Source: Clostridia bacterium
GTDB taxonomy: Bacteria; Bacillota; Clostridia; UBA1212; UBA1255
Length of the DNA: 64,000 nucleotides
Assembly: GCA_017620915.1 (NCBI GenBank)
Contig: JAFZSK010000083.1
Location: 8,726-72,725, forward strand
Reading direction: 5' to 3'
In this document: positions 1-9,724 of the stretch, one piece after another
Numbering within the stretch: the stretch's first letter is position 1
Layout: the number at the start of each line of letters is the position of its first letter
Made by a program: the position numbers and the translations under genes
Notes under the pieces: generated by a model
What the model was told of the DNA's origin: nothing
The model's input: the letters and a program-made list of their open reading frames with translations, nothing else
The model's database searches: none

Positions 1-152
1 AGGTCCTGCACTACTGCGAAGACCTGTACCTGTTCGCGGTCGGAACGCCGATACATCCGGTGCTGCTCATCGCGGCGGCAATGGCGCTCACGGTATTTTT
101 CTCATACGCCTACATGGTATGGAGCAAAGGGAGGCGCGGTATTAAAAAATGA
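1..152 (+). CDS. 3' end of an upstream gene (partial, C-terminal hydrophobic segment); stop TGA overlaps next gene start (ATGA)
   Basis: Frame 3 is open from the window edge to TGA at 150-152. It translates to a hydrophobic membrane-like tail (…VLLIAAAMALTVFFSYAYMVWSKGRRGIKK). The 4-nt ATGA overlap with the next gene indicates translational coupling. Confidence 0.45.
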   Translation, partial: VLHYCEDLYLFAVGTPIHPVLLIAAAMALTVFFSYAYMVWSKGRRGIKK

Positions 153-1513
153 ACTTGACAGATAGATTCCTTGACAGTATTTTGAAACTCGCGGACGCGC
201 CGCTGTCCCCCGGATCGGTGCGCCAGGTCGAACGGTGTATCCTCGACTATATCTGCGTCACCTTCGCGGGCAGAAAAATGCTCGGCGACCGGCTGGCGGC
301 GATCGAGCAGGGCGCGCCGGAGGGCAACTGCGAAGTGCTCGGCACGGATAAAAAGTTATCTGTGTATCCCGCGGCGTTTCTGAACGGCTTCGCGGCGCAT
401 TTCGCGGAACTGGACGACGGCAACCGCACCGGTGCCCCCCACCTCGAAGCAGTTATTATATCGGCAATGCTGGCCGTTGCCCAAAGCACCGAAATATCCT
501 TCGAACGCTTTATAAAGGGAATAATCGTCGGTTACGAAGCCACGACCAGGCTTTCGTCCGCAATGCAGCCCGGACACAAACAAAAGGGTTTTCACGCTAC
601 CGGTACATGCGGCACGATCGGCGTCGCGCTGGCAGCCGGATACGCGCTGGGATATACCCGCACGCAGCTGAAAAGCACGCTTTCCGCGGCGGCAGCGGCT
701 TCGGCGGGTCTGCTGCATATGCTGGACGATGATTCGGAATTAAAGCCGTATAACGTTGCGGGTGCGATAACGCGCGGGCTGGAAGCCGCGTTTTTCGGCA
801 GGTGCGGGCTAACGGGACCGGACGATGTGCTGAGCGGCAAACGCGGTTTTTTGTCGGTGTTTACGGATGAGACCGATCTGTTCAAACTGATGGGTGCCTT
901 TTCGATGCCGGCGATATATTTGCGTTATGTAAAGCCGTATGCGTCGTGCCGGCATTCCCATCCGGCGGTCGAGTGCGCGCTTACGATCTGCGGCGAGCAC
1001 GATATCGACCCGGCGGCAATACAAAAAATCGAAATACAAACGTACAAGCAGGGCATATACGGCCACGATCAGACCGATATAACCAGTGTCAACGCGGCCC
1101 GTATGAGCACGCCGTACAGCGTTGCCGCCGCCACCGTGCTGGGTTCGTGCGGGATCGAAGCGTTCACGAAAAAAACGATCGCGCGGAAAGATATCATTGA
1201 CCTCGTTCAAAAGGTCAGCATCGCGGAAAACGCCCGGATGACCGAAAAATGCCCCGAAGAGCGCGGCGCCGCGGTGACCTTTATCATGCACGACGGCAGT
1301 TCCTACACCGCGGAAGTGGGCAATCCGCTGGGCGAACCCGAACACCCGCTCAGCGACGAAGTGCTGGAGGCAAAATTCCATTCCCTGATGACCTACGCCC
1401 GCGTGTACAAGCGGGATCAGGATAGAATCAATAACGCGGTCCGGGCGCTGGACCGCAACTATGACGACCTAATCAACGGACGCTTTTTTAAGCTGGATCT
1501 AAGAAAACGATGA
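149..1513 (+). CDS. MmgE/PrpD family protein (2-methylcitrate dehydratase / cis-aconitate decarboxylase superfamily)
   Basis: 454-aa ORF with MmgE/PrpD-like N- and C-terminal domains by sequence resemblance. High-GC codon usage matches the neighbours. Confidence 0.8.
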   Translation: MNLTDRFLDSILKLADAPLSPGSVRQVERCILDYICVTFAGRKMLGDRLAAIEQGAPEGNCEVLGTDKKLSVYPAAFLNGFAAHFAELDDGNRTGAPHLEAVIISAMLAVAQSTEISFERFIKGIIVGYEATTRLSSAMQPGHKQKGFHATGTCGTIGVALAAGYALGYTRTQLKSTLSAAAAASAGLLHMLDDDSELKPYNVAGAITRGLEAAFFGRCGLTGPDDVLSGKRGFLSVFTDETDLFKLMGAFSMPAIYLRYVKPYASCRHSHPAVECALTICGEHDIDPAAIQKIEIQTYKQGIYGHDQTDITSVNAARMSTPYSVAAATVLGSCGIEAFTKKTIARKDIIDLVQKVSIAENARMTEKCPEERGAAVTFIMHDGSSYTAEVGNPLGEPEHPLSDEVLEAKFHSLMTYARVYKRDQDRINNAVRALDRNYDDLINGRFFKLDLRKR

Positions 1514-1526
1514 CAGGAGAATTGCT

Positions 1527-2429
1527 ATGAACAGTATGGACAAAACAAGGGAATTCTTACGTTCCATAGGACAACCCGGCGGCGACGCGTACGATCTGCC
1601 CGATTCGCGGAAACGGTTCGCGGACGGCGGACAATACCGGTTTGAGGTCCCCGGCATCCAGGGCCCCAAGGTCATGAAGGCGCTCCTGGAGGCAATTGAC
1701 AGCTACGGCCTGTACCTGCACCGCGTGACGCAGACGCAGGGAATCATGCGGTTGACGGACGACGAGATCGGCAAAATGGTCGACCTGGCCCATAAATACG
1801 AGACCGATCTGATCCTTGCCATCGGACCGCGCGCCACCACCGACACTTCCGCTTCCGTGCACACCGACGAAGGCGTGCGGATGGGCTACCGGTTAAGAGG
1901 ACAGGAGCAGATCGTCCGCGCCATAGAAGAAGTAAAGCGGGCGGCAAGACTCGGCTGCCGCGGCTTCCTGGTATACGACGAAGGCTGCCTTTGGGTGCTC
2001 AACGAAATGCGCAAAGCCGGCGAGATCCCCGCGGATTGTCATTTCAAAGTATCAGCGCACGCGGGTCACGGCAATCCCTGCTCCGCGAAACTGCTCGAGA
2101 TGATCGGCGCGGATTCCATCAATCCGGTGCGCGATATCCAGTTGCAGATGCTGGCGGCAATGCGGCAGGCGGTAGATTGCCCCATCGACATTCATACCGA
2201 AAACCCGGCGTCGACCGGTGGCTTCATCCGCCACTACGAAGTGCCCGAAATGATCCGCGTCGCGGCACCGATCTACCTGAAGACCGGCGGTTCCGTGGCG
2301 CAGACGCACTCCTGGGACAGCACGGAAGACGATGCACGGAAACGCGCAAAACAGTGTGCACTTGTAAAACGCATGATCGACGAATACTATCCCGAAGCGA
2401 TCTGGAGTCCTCGTGGAAGTTTGATTTAA
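1527..2429 (+). CDS. hypothetical enzyme, family not recognised (possibly TIM-barrel-like)
   Basis: 300-aa ORF 14 nt after the PrpD stop, preceded by RBS CAGGAGA. It is co-directional with the PrpD/Ldh_2/CitE-like genes. No diagnostic motif recognised. Confidence 0.55.
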   Translation: MNSMDKTREFLRSIGQPGGDAYDLPDSRKRFADGGQYRFEVPGIQGPKVMKALLEAIDSYGLYLHRVTQTQGIMRLTDDEIGKMVDLAHKYETDLILAIGPRATTDTSASVHTDEGVRMGYRLRGQEQIVRAIEEVKRAARLGCRGFLVYDEGCLWVLNEMRKAGEIPADCHFKVSAHAGHGNPCSAKLLEMIGADSINPVRDIQLQMLAAMRQAVDCPIDIHTENPASTGGFIRHYEVPEMIRVAAPIYLKTGGSVAQTHSWDSTEDDARKRAKQCALVKRMIDEYYPEAIWSPRGSLI

Positions 2430-2445
2430 TTAAGGGGGCCAGGGA

Positions 2446-3483
2446 ATGCAGGTCACTTTAGCAAGCATAAAAAACGTTGCCGATGAAGCGCTTAATAAAA
2501 TGGGAGTGGACAACGAAAGCAGAAAAGTTATCGTTGACACGATCATTTTTGCTAACCAGAGGGGAGTGGCGACCCACGGAATCGGAAGACTTCCGCTATA
2601 TATTAAAAAAATACAGTCGGGTCACCTGAATCCTCAGAACCTGGCGGAAACAGTCCTGGATTCGGCGGGGATAGCGGTGCTGGACGCGCACAACTGCTTT
2701 GGTCAGGTGGCGGCGTACACAGGAATGAAGCTCGCGATCCGGAAGGCGAAAGAATACGGCACCGCCGTAGTCGGTGTAAGGAACAGCAATAATTTCGGTA
2801 CGGCGGGATACTTTGGGGATATGGCGGCAAGGCAGGGCATGGTCGCCATGATCTACGCCAACGCAGCGCCCGCTATTGCTCCCACAGGCGGAACGAAAAC
2901 CATTTTCGGCACCAATCCCATTTGCTATGCGTTTCCCGGCGGAGAAGGAGAAGACCCGATCCTGCTGGACATGGCCACGACGGTGGTCGCACGGGGGAAG
3001 ATCAGATTGGCAGCGAAAAACGGAGAGAAGATCCCTCTGGACTGGGCGATCGGGCCGGACGGCGTACCCACCGACGATCCCGAAGAGGCGCTGAAAGGAT
3101 CGCTGCTTCCCATTGCGGGCTATAAAGGCTACGGTCTATCCATGTTTGTGGATCTGCTTGCCGGATTGCTGACCGGTTCCGCTCACGGAGGAGACGTGAA
3201 AAACCTGAGCAAGCTGGATGAGGATTCCGAAAACGGCCACCTGTTTGTCGTGATCGACGCCGGGCGTTTTTTAGAGCCGGAGCAATTGAAAAATGAAGTC
3301 GCACAGTTCTGCGAAAAAGTGAAACAATGCGGTCCGGCTGGTATGATTTACATGCCCGGTGAAAAAGAATATAATTTCAGGCGGGCACATCAAAACGCCG
3401 TAGAAATCAGTCAGGCGCAGTTTGACGAGATCAACGAAGCAGCCGCCTCTATCGGCGTAAATGCACGCCTTGAATTAGAATAA
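2446..3483 (+). CDS. Ldh_2 family malate/L-lactate/sulfolactate-type dehydrogenase
   Basis: 345 aa. The N-terminal region and the HGIGRLP…GTNPI…ARGKI…GYKG motifs are typical of the type-2 malate/L-lactate dehydrogenase family (ComC/YbiC-like). Confidence 0.8.
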   Translation: MQVTLASIKNVADEALNKMGVDNESRKVIVDTIIFANQRGVATHGIGRLPLYIKKIQSGHLNPQNLAETVLDSAGIAVLDAHNCFGQVAAYTGMKLAIRKAKEYGTAVVGVRNSNNFGTAGYFGDMAARQGMVAMIYANAAPAIAPTGGTKTIFGTNPICYAFPGGEGEDPILLDMATTVVARGKIRLAAKNGEKIPLDWAIGPDGVPTDDPEEALKGSLLPIAGYKGYGLSMFVDLLAGLLTGSAHGGDVKNLSKLDEDSENGHLFVVIDAGRFLEPEQLKNEVAQFCEKVKQCGPAGMIYMPGEKEYNFRRAHQNAVEISQAQFDEINEAAASIGVNARLELE

Positions 3484-3523
3484 AAAACAAGAGGAATACA
3501 ACGTCAAAAAGAAGGAAAGAATC

Positions 3524-4666
3524 ATGCGACACCATTTGTATAATCCGAATTTTAAATTTGTTAAAGATCCGGTGGAGTTCAACAAATACACCGACCGGAA
3601 CGTTCTTCAATATTGCCTCGGCGCCACAATGTATATGCCCGGGCACCGTGATTTTACCGAAGCGATCCTTACGCATAAATATCCCGGATTGACGGCGATG
3701 GTAATGTGCTTTGAAGACGCCTGCAAGCTGGAAGACGTGCCGCGGGCCGAGCAGAACAGCATCCACACGCTGGACGTGCTTTCCGAAAAACTGGAAAACG
3801 GGGAGATCACATATGCGGATCTGCCGCTGCTGATCTTCCGGGTGCGGAATATTGACCAGTTTAAACATTTTTCTTCCATGCTGAAGCCGGAGCATATGAA
3901 AGTGCTCGCGGGCTTCAATTTCCCCAAATTCAACGCGGAAAACGGCGAAGCGTATTTTGCCCACCTGAAAGAGCTAAACGAAAAATTCGGCGAGATCATA
4001 TACGGCATGCCCATAATCGAAGACCGCACGGTCGCGTTTAAAGAGACCCGGATGGCGGAGCTGCTGGGTATCAAGAAGATCCTCGACAACTATAAAGAAC
4101 TGGTGCTGAACGTCCGCGTCGGCGCCACGGACTTTTCGTCCTGCTTCGGCGCGCGGCGTGACGTGGAATACACGATCTATGATATCATGACCGTGAGCGA
4201 TATCCTGCTGGATATTTTGAATATATTCTCGCGCGACGGCGATTACGTCGTCTCCGGACCGGTCTGGGAATACTTCAAAGTGAAGAAAGAAATGCGGTTC
4301 TCCGATCTTCCGAAGATCAATATTCAGGAGTCGCTGATGAAGCGCGAGCCGCTGGTGAGCCCCGAAGTGGACGGCCTGATGCGCGAACTGATCCTGGACA
4401 AGGCCAACGGCTTCATCGGCAAAACGATCATCCACCCCAGCCATATCAATTTCGTCAACGGCATCCTCGCGGTGACGCGGGAGGAATATGAGGACGCGGT
4501 GCAGGTGCTGGCAACGTCCGGCGGCGTGATCAAGAGCGGCAACGCCAACAAGATGAACGAGATCGGTCCGCACCGTCTGTGGGCGGAAAAGCTGGTCGCT
4601 CGGGCGGAAGCGTACGGCGTCATTGAGAGCAAACAAAGCTATCTGGAACTCTTCGGTACCAACTGA
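3524..4666 (+). CDS. HpcH/HpaI aldolase / citrate lyase beta (CitE)-like family protein
   Basis: 380 aa. YMPG…IEDR…VGATDFSSCFG…IHPSHI resembles the CitE/malyl-CoA lyase fold motifs. RBS GGAAAG lies upstream. Confidence 0.65.
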   Translation: MRHHLYNPNFKFVKDPVEFNKYTDRNVLQYCLGATMYMPGHRDFTEAILTHKYPGLTAMVMCFEDACKLEDVPRAEQNSIHTLDVLSEKLENGEITYADLPLLIFRVRNIDQFKHFSSMLKPEHMKVLAGFNFPKFNAENGEAYFAHLKELNEKFGEIIYGMPIIEDRTVAFKETRMAELLGIKKILDNYKELVLNVRVGATDFSSCFGARRDVEYTIYDIMTVSDILLDILNIFSRDGDYVVSGPVWEYFKVKKEMRFSDLPKINIQESLMKREPLVSPEVDGLMRELILDKANGFIGKTIIHPSHINFVNGILAVTREEYEDAVQVLATSGGVIKSGNANKMNEIGPHRLWAEKLVARAEAYGVIESKQSYLELFGTN

Positions 4667-4723
4667 GGAGGCAGGGCACGATGGAACAAATGGTATGCAT
4701 TTAAGAAACAGGTGATAATAATT

Positions 4724-5869
4724 ATGCAATTAGAATTCACTCGCGACCCGGGCAAAATGATCGAATTCGCGAAAGCAATAGTTGCAGAGAAAAGTAAATA
4801 CTATACTCCGCAAACGCTTGAGAGCATAAAAGACCAGGTCAGAATGCGCGCGGGCAAGTGCGGCGAGCAGGAAATCGATGATAAAATGTATATAACCATT
4901 TATTATTACTGGTTTTACGGCTGTGCCGTGGACGAATATTTTTATTATCGATTTTACGAAAAAACGTATGATGAAATCAAATCGTACATTACAAAAAGAG
5001 AGAAGGTCCATTATACAAACTGGCTGAACCGGATCGAAGACGCGCATTTTCTTCAGAACAAATTTGAAACGTATCAATTGTTCAAAGAAGATTTTAAGCG
5101 CGAAATGATCTACTGCGACAGCGAGGAAAACTATGGCGAGTTTTTAAGTTTTGTCAGACGGCACCCGGTTTTTGTGGTAAAAGCGCTGCAGCTGGGCGGA
5201 GGACAAGGCGTTTTTAAAGATAGTGTTATCGGGTTGACAGAGGACGAAATACTGAACAAATATCGTGAATTTCTTGCCCAGAACGACATACTTAACAGTC
5301 AACACAATTCATGGGGCGGAAAAAGCGCATTCGTAGTGGAAGAACTGATAGACGCCGGAGAAGAAATCGCAAAACTGCACCCGCAATCAGTCAATGTTGT
5401 CCGCATGCCGACCTTTAATTTGAACGGAACTATAATGGTTTTTCAACCGTGGATAAAGATCGGCCGCGGAGACAGTTTTATTGACAACGGGCATGCAGAC
5501 GGCCTGATGGCGGGAATAGATCCGGAAACAGGCATAATTGATACTCCCGGCTATTCAGAGTTTCCGGAGTCTTTTGAATACCATCCCGACACAGGTATCA
5601 AAATACCCGGATTTGCCATTCCGAACTGGAATGAGCTTGTTGAAACAGTGAAGAGACTGTCTGCCGTTTTGCCTACCATAAAATACATTTCGTGGGATAT
5701 GGCCTGGACAAAAAAAGGCTGGGCGATCATGGAAGGCAATTTTAGGGGTGCTTTTATGTGGCAATTCTTCAGACAAAAAGGCATGAAAAAAGAAATTGAA
5801 GAACTTATCGACTGGAAGCTTCCGGATGGATTCTGGTGGCAGATCAATATTTCCAGAGAGGACAATTAA
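4724..5869 (+). CDS. ATP-grasp domain protein (TupA-like / sugar-transfer-associated ATP-grasp type), paralog 1
   Basis: Shares a conserved block with the next ORF (YYWFYGC…EYF, …FVVKALQLGGGQGV, HPWIKIGRG, GWAIMEGNFRGAFMWQFF). RBS AGGTGA is 8 nt before ATG 4724; the track start at 4712 lacks an RBS. Confidence 0.6.
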   Translation: MQLEFTRDPGKMIEFAKAIVAEKSKYYTPQTLESIKDQVRMRAGKCGEQEIDDKMYITIYYYWFYGCAVDEYFYYRFYEKTYDEIKSYITKREKVHYTNWLNRIEDAHFLQNKFETYQLFKEDFKREMIYCDSEENYGEFLSFVRRHPVFVVKALQLGGGQGVFKDSVIGLTEDEILNKYREFLAQNDILNSQHNSWGGKSAFVVEELIDAGEEIAKLHPQSVNVVRMPTFNLNGTIMVFQPWIKIGRGDSFIDNGHADGLMAGIDPETGIIDTPGYSEFPESFEYHPDTGIKIPGFAIPNWNELVETVKRLSAVLPTIKYISWDMAWTKKGWAIMEGNFRGAFMWQFFRQKGMKKEIEELIDWKLPDGFWWQINISREDN

Positions 5870-5883
5870 AGGAGGCTATAATA

Positions 5884-7065
5884 ATGTTTAAGGACTGGCT
5901 GAAAATCACTGAAGATCCGGCAGAAATCAAAGAGATGGCGAAACGAATCGTATCAGAGGCAACGATATACACCGGAGGTATTATTAAAAAATTCTATACG
6001 CCCTTGATGATAAGCAAACTGGATGCCTCGATAATGGAGTACGCCCCGGCAACGACTGAGCAGGAAAAAGAAGAACTGCGGCTGCGGTTTATTTACGACT
6101 ACTGGGTTTATGGGTGCACGGTGGAGGAGGAATTCTATCTGCATCTGAAAGATAAAAACGATGCCGAAAAAAGAGAGTATCTGATCGGTCAGATGCGCAG
6201 TATTTATGCACGGCATTTAAATCAGAACGCAGGTCCGGAATGGGTCGAGAAAATGCAGGATAAATACCGGCTGTATCAGTTGCTTCGTCCGTATTATAAA
6301 CGTGATGTGATCGAGATCCGGAGCATGGACGATTTTGATATTTTTGCGGATTTCGTCAGAAAGCATAAAGAATTTGTAGTAAAGCCCTCGAACTTCTGCT
6401 TTGGTATCGGCGTTCACAAAGTATCTATGGATGATTACGGAAATGACTGTAAAAACGCGATGCAGTCAATTCTCAGCGAAGGCGACGCCATTCATGAGAA
6501 GCATCCTACTCGAATGTCGAAAATGGTACTTGAAGAGATCATTCCCCAGGACGAAGCACTCTCTGTACTCCATCCGCATTCTGTAAATGCCATTCGTGCT
6601 ACTGCCGTCAGAGGAAAAGACGGGAGAATTCACATCTATCATCCGTGGATCAAGGTCGGACTGGGCGGTGCTTTTGTGGCTTCGGCGGCGCTAACGGGCT
6701 TTGACGCAGAGATCGATCCCGATACCGGTATCGTAATTACAGACGGGTATCAGGAAAACGGCAGTGTATACAAAGTGCATCCGGATTCCGGCATCCAGAT
6801 CAAGGGTTTCCAAATCCCCAAGTGGGATGAACTGATTCAGTTCGTAAACGAAATAATGGACGCACTGCCCGAATACGGATATGTGGGTTGGGATCTGGTC
6901 CTTACCCCCGATGGCTGGTGCGTTATGGAAGGCAATCATACCGGCCAATTCGTATTTCAGATGATTAACGGAAGAGGCTATAAGAAAGATTTTGAAGATC
7001 TGATAGGCTGGAAATACGATAAGGATTTCTGGTGGCAGGACAACGGGAAATTTATGCACAATTGA
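5884..7065 (+). CDS. ATP-grasp domain protein, paralog 2
   Basis: Paralogous to 4724-5869 (YDYWVYGC…, FVVKPSNFCFGIGV, HPWIKVGLGG, GWCVMEGNHTGQFVFQ). Strong RBS AAGGAGG is 9 nt before ATG 5884. Confidence 0.6.
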   Translation: MFKDWLKITEDPAEIKEMAKRIVSEATIYTGGIIKKFYTPLMISKLDASIMEYAPATTEQEKEELRLRFIYDYWVYGCTVEEEFYLHLKDKNDAEKREYLIGQMRSIYARHLNQNAGPEWVEKMQDKYRLYQLLRPYYKRDVIEIRSMDDFDIFADFVRKHKEFVVKPSNFCFGIGVHKVSMDDYGNDCKNAMQSILSEGDAIHEKHPTRMSKMVLEEIIPQDEALSVLHPHSVNAIRATAVRGKDGRIHIYHPWIKVGLGGAFVASAALTGFDAEIDPDTGIVITDGYQENGSVYKVHPDSGIQIKGFQIPKWDELIQFVNEIMDALPEYGYVGWDLVLTPDGWCVMEGNHTGQFVFQMINGRGYKKDFEDLIGWKYDKDFWWQDNGKFMHN

Positions 7066-7132
7066 TTCACCGCGGGCGGCGATGGGCGGCAATAAAATGC
7101 GAAGACGATGAATAAAAAGGAAAAACGGTAGT

Positions 7133-8551
7133 ATGGAAAACAGATTCAAAAGAGTAATGTCCGCTACGGATATACTGGTTGTCGCGTTCGGCGCCATGAT
7201 CGGGTGGGGCTGGGTCGTATCATCTGGACGCTGGATACAGAATGCCGGCGTGATCGGAACGGTCATCGGCTTTATCATCGGCGGTGTCATGATCTATTTC
7301 GTGGGTATGACATATGCCGAATTGACGCCGGCAATGCCAAAAGTCGGCGGGGAGCACCTGTTCAGCTACAAAGCGTTCGGCCCCACGGGTTCATTTGTCT
7401 GCACCTGGGCGCTGATCCTGAGCTATATCGGCGTAGTCTGCTTCGAGGCGGTGTCGCTTCCGGCTATAATCCAGTACATTTTTCCGTCGTTTGCACAGAT
7501 TAAACTGTATACGATCGCCGGCTCGGATGTGTATCTGACCGGGGTCATTCTTGCTTCACTGAGTACGATCGGGATCATTATTATCAACGTACTGGGGATC
7601 AAGGCGGCGGCGATCTTTCAGACTGTATTGACAGTTACGATCGCGGTGGTAGGCGTTATTCTGGTAGTGGCGTCCGTGATCAACGGCGACCCTGCGAATC
7701 TGGACGGCCAGGTCATTATCGGCAGTGGATTCGGGTCAATTAAAAATATCCTTTCGGTGGCGGTCGTGGCACCGTTTTTCCTGTTCGGATTTGACGTCAT
7801 TCCGCAAGTGGCGGAAGAAATTAACATCCCGCTGAAGAAAATTGCCCGGGTCCTGCTGCTTTCTATTATATGCGCGGTCGTATTTTACGGCCTGGTGGTT
7901 TTTGCTGTCGGTTACGCGCTCAACAAGAACGATATTGCAGATGCGCTCGGCGGTTCGGGGCTGGTCACGGCGACCGCGATGGAAAAAGTGTTCAACAGTT
8001 CAATAATGGCTAAAGTGCTGATAATTGGAGGACTGTGCGGCGTTGTCACCAGCTGGAACTCTTTCCTGATCGGCGGCAGCCGGGCAATATTCTCAATGGC
8101 GGAATCCAAGATGATACCGGGCAATTTTTCCAAACTGCTTCCGAAAAAAAAGACGCCGGTCAACGCGCTGCTCCTCATCGGTGTGCTTTCCCTGGCGGCC
8201 CCGTTTTTCGGCCGTACTATGCTGGTCTGGATCTCAGACGCCGCCAGTTTCGCGTGCTGCCTGGCGTACTGCATGGTGTCGTTGTCCTTCCTGATCCTGC
8301 GCAGGAAAGAGCCGGATCTGCGCCGGCCGTATAAAGTAAAGCACTATCGATTTGTCGGCATAATGGCAACAGTATTGTCCGGTCTGATGGTAGTGTTATA
8401 TTTGATCCCGGGCTCCGGATGCACGCTGACTATGCAGGAATGGATCATCGTCGGCGGCTGGACCGTGCTCGGCGTGATTTTTTACATAGCGTGCAAAAAG
8501 CATTACGGGGACAAGTTCGGGAAGATCGAACTGCCGGCTGAGCGGGACTGA
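7133..8551 (+). CDS. APC superfamily amino-acid permease
   Basis: 472 aa with about 12 predicted TM helices. The N-terminal region and overall hydrophobicity pattern match amino acid/polyamine/organocation transporters. Confidence 0.8.
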   Translation: MENRFKRVMSATDILVVAFGAMIGWGWVVSSGRWIQNAGVIGTVIGFIIGGVMIYFVGMTYAELTPAMPKVGGEHLFSYKAFGPTGSFVCTWALILSYIGVVCFEAVSLPAIIQYIFPSFAQIKLYTIAGSDVYLTGVILASLSTIGIIIINVLGIKAAAIFQTVLTVTIAVVGVILVVASVINGDPANLDGQVIIGSGFGSIKNILSVAVVAPFFLFGFDVIPQVAEEINIPLKKIARVLLLSIICAVVFYGLVVFAVGYALNKNDIADALGGSGLVTATAMEKVFNSSIMAKVLIIGGLCGVVTSWNSFLIGGSRAIFSMAESKMIPGNFSKLLPKKKTPVNALLLIGVLSLAAPFFGRTMLVWISDAASFACCLAYCMVSLSFLILRRKEPDLRRPYKVKHYRFVGIMATVLSGLMVVLYLIPGSGCTLTMQEWIIVGGWTVLGVIFYIACKKHYGDKFGKIELPAERD

Positions 8552-8592
8552 ACACCGACCGCGAGGCCATAAAAGAAAGGTAGTTGGTCTTT

Positions 8593-9615
8593 ATGGAACA
8601 GAAATGTGTTGTCAGCGTGATCATTCCGGTATATAACGTTGCGCCGTACCTGGCCGAGGCGCTGGACAGCGTTATCAACCAGAGCTATGAGGAACTGGAA
8701 ATAATCGTAATTGACGACGGTTCGACCGACGGTTCCTGCGAGATATGCGACAAATATGCCGAACAGGACAATCGCATCCGCCTGATCCATCAGGTGAATC
8801 AGGGGGTTGCCGCAGCGCGCAACACAGCGTTGGACAATGTTACGGGAGACGTTATTGCCTTTCTGGATTCGGATGATGCATACGACCCGGACTATGTCAA
8901 GATCATGCTGGCGGCAATGAATGACAGCGGCACCGATGTGGTGATATGCAAGTATTCGAAGCATTTTACTACAGAGAAGATGAGCTGTGACAATATAGAG
9001 GAAATAGGCCAGCTGATAAACGGAGGCACCTATGACCGGATCTATGCCATGCGCGCGCTGGCCTCGAACAAAATTCACGCATATTTATGGAATAAATTGT
9101 TTCGTGCCAGACTCTGGGCAGAAATACGGTTCCCGATCGGAATGGTATACGAGGATATTGACGTTATTTTCCGCGTATTCAATTTGTGCGACAAGATACT
9201 GGTGCTGGATCAGCCCCTGTACATGTATCGGAAACGCCACGGCAGCATCACCGAGCAAAAATCAACCGACAGCATAAGCGACTGGCTTGCGATCTGTATA
9301 CGCATCGAGTCTTTTGTCAATGAAAACATACCCGATGTCTATACTTCGGACGACCTGAAAAATATGAAACAGCTCAGGCTGTATAATATGATAAGCTATT
9401 TTTGCAAACATGTATTGCAGAAAACCGCGGACTCGAAAGCGTTTATGAAGAGTCTGAGAAAGCAGATCATCGAACTCAAAAAAGAGGTCGGTCTCGGTAA
9501 ATGTTCCGTTCACATGCGGATCAGCTACCGGATCATCCAACTGTGCCCCGGCTTGCTTAAAGTGCTTTCGCCGGTGTACATGGCTTTCAAAAAGACAAAG
9601 TACTTTGGCAGTTGA
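8593..9615 (+). CDS. family 2 glycosyltransferase
   Basis: VSVIIPVYN…IIVIDDGSTDGS…DSDD motifs are classic GT-A/GT2. The start is ambiguous between TTG 8584 and ATG 8593. Confidence 0.8.
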   Translation: MEQKCVVSVIIPVYNVAPYLAEALDSVINQSYEELEIIVIDDGSTDGSCEICDKYAEQDNRIRLIHQVNQGVAAARNTALDNVTGDVIAFLDSDDAYDPDYVKIMLAAMNDSGTDVVICKYSKHFTTEKMSCDNIEEIGQLINGGTYDRIYAMRALASNKIHAYLWNKLFRARLWAEIRFPIGMVYEDIDVIFRVFNLCDKILVLDQPLYMYRKRHGSITEQKSTDSISDWLAICIRIESFVNENIPDVYTSDDLKNMKQLRLYNMISYFCKHVLQKTADSKAFMKSLRKQIIELKKEVGLGKCSVHMRISYRIIQLCPGLLKVLSPVYMAFKKTKYFGS

Positions 9616-9724
9616 AGAGCGGTATGAACATGAACCGGGACATCCGGATCGTTATCGCCACCAGCGTGTTTCCGCCGGATTACTGCACCGGACCGGAAGC
9701 TCCGTTCGCCGGTACGGACGCTCT

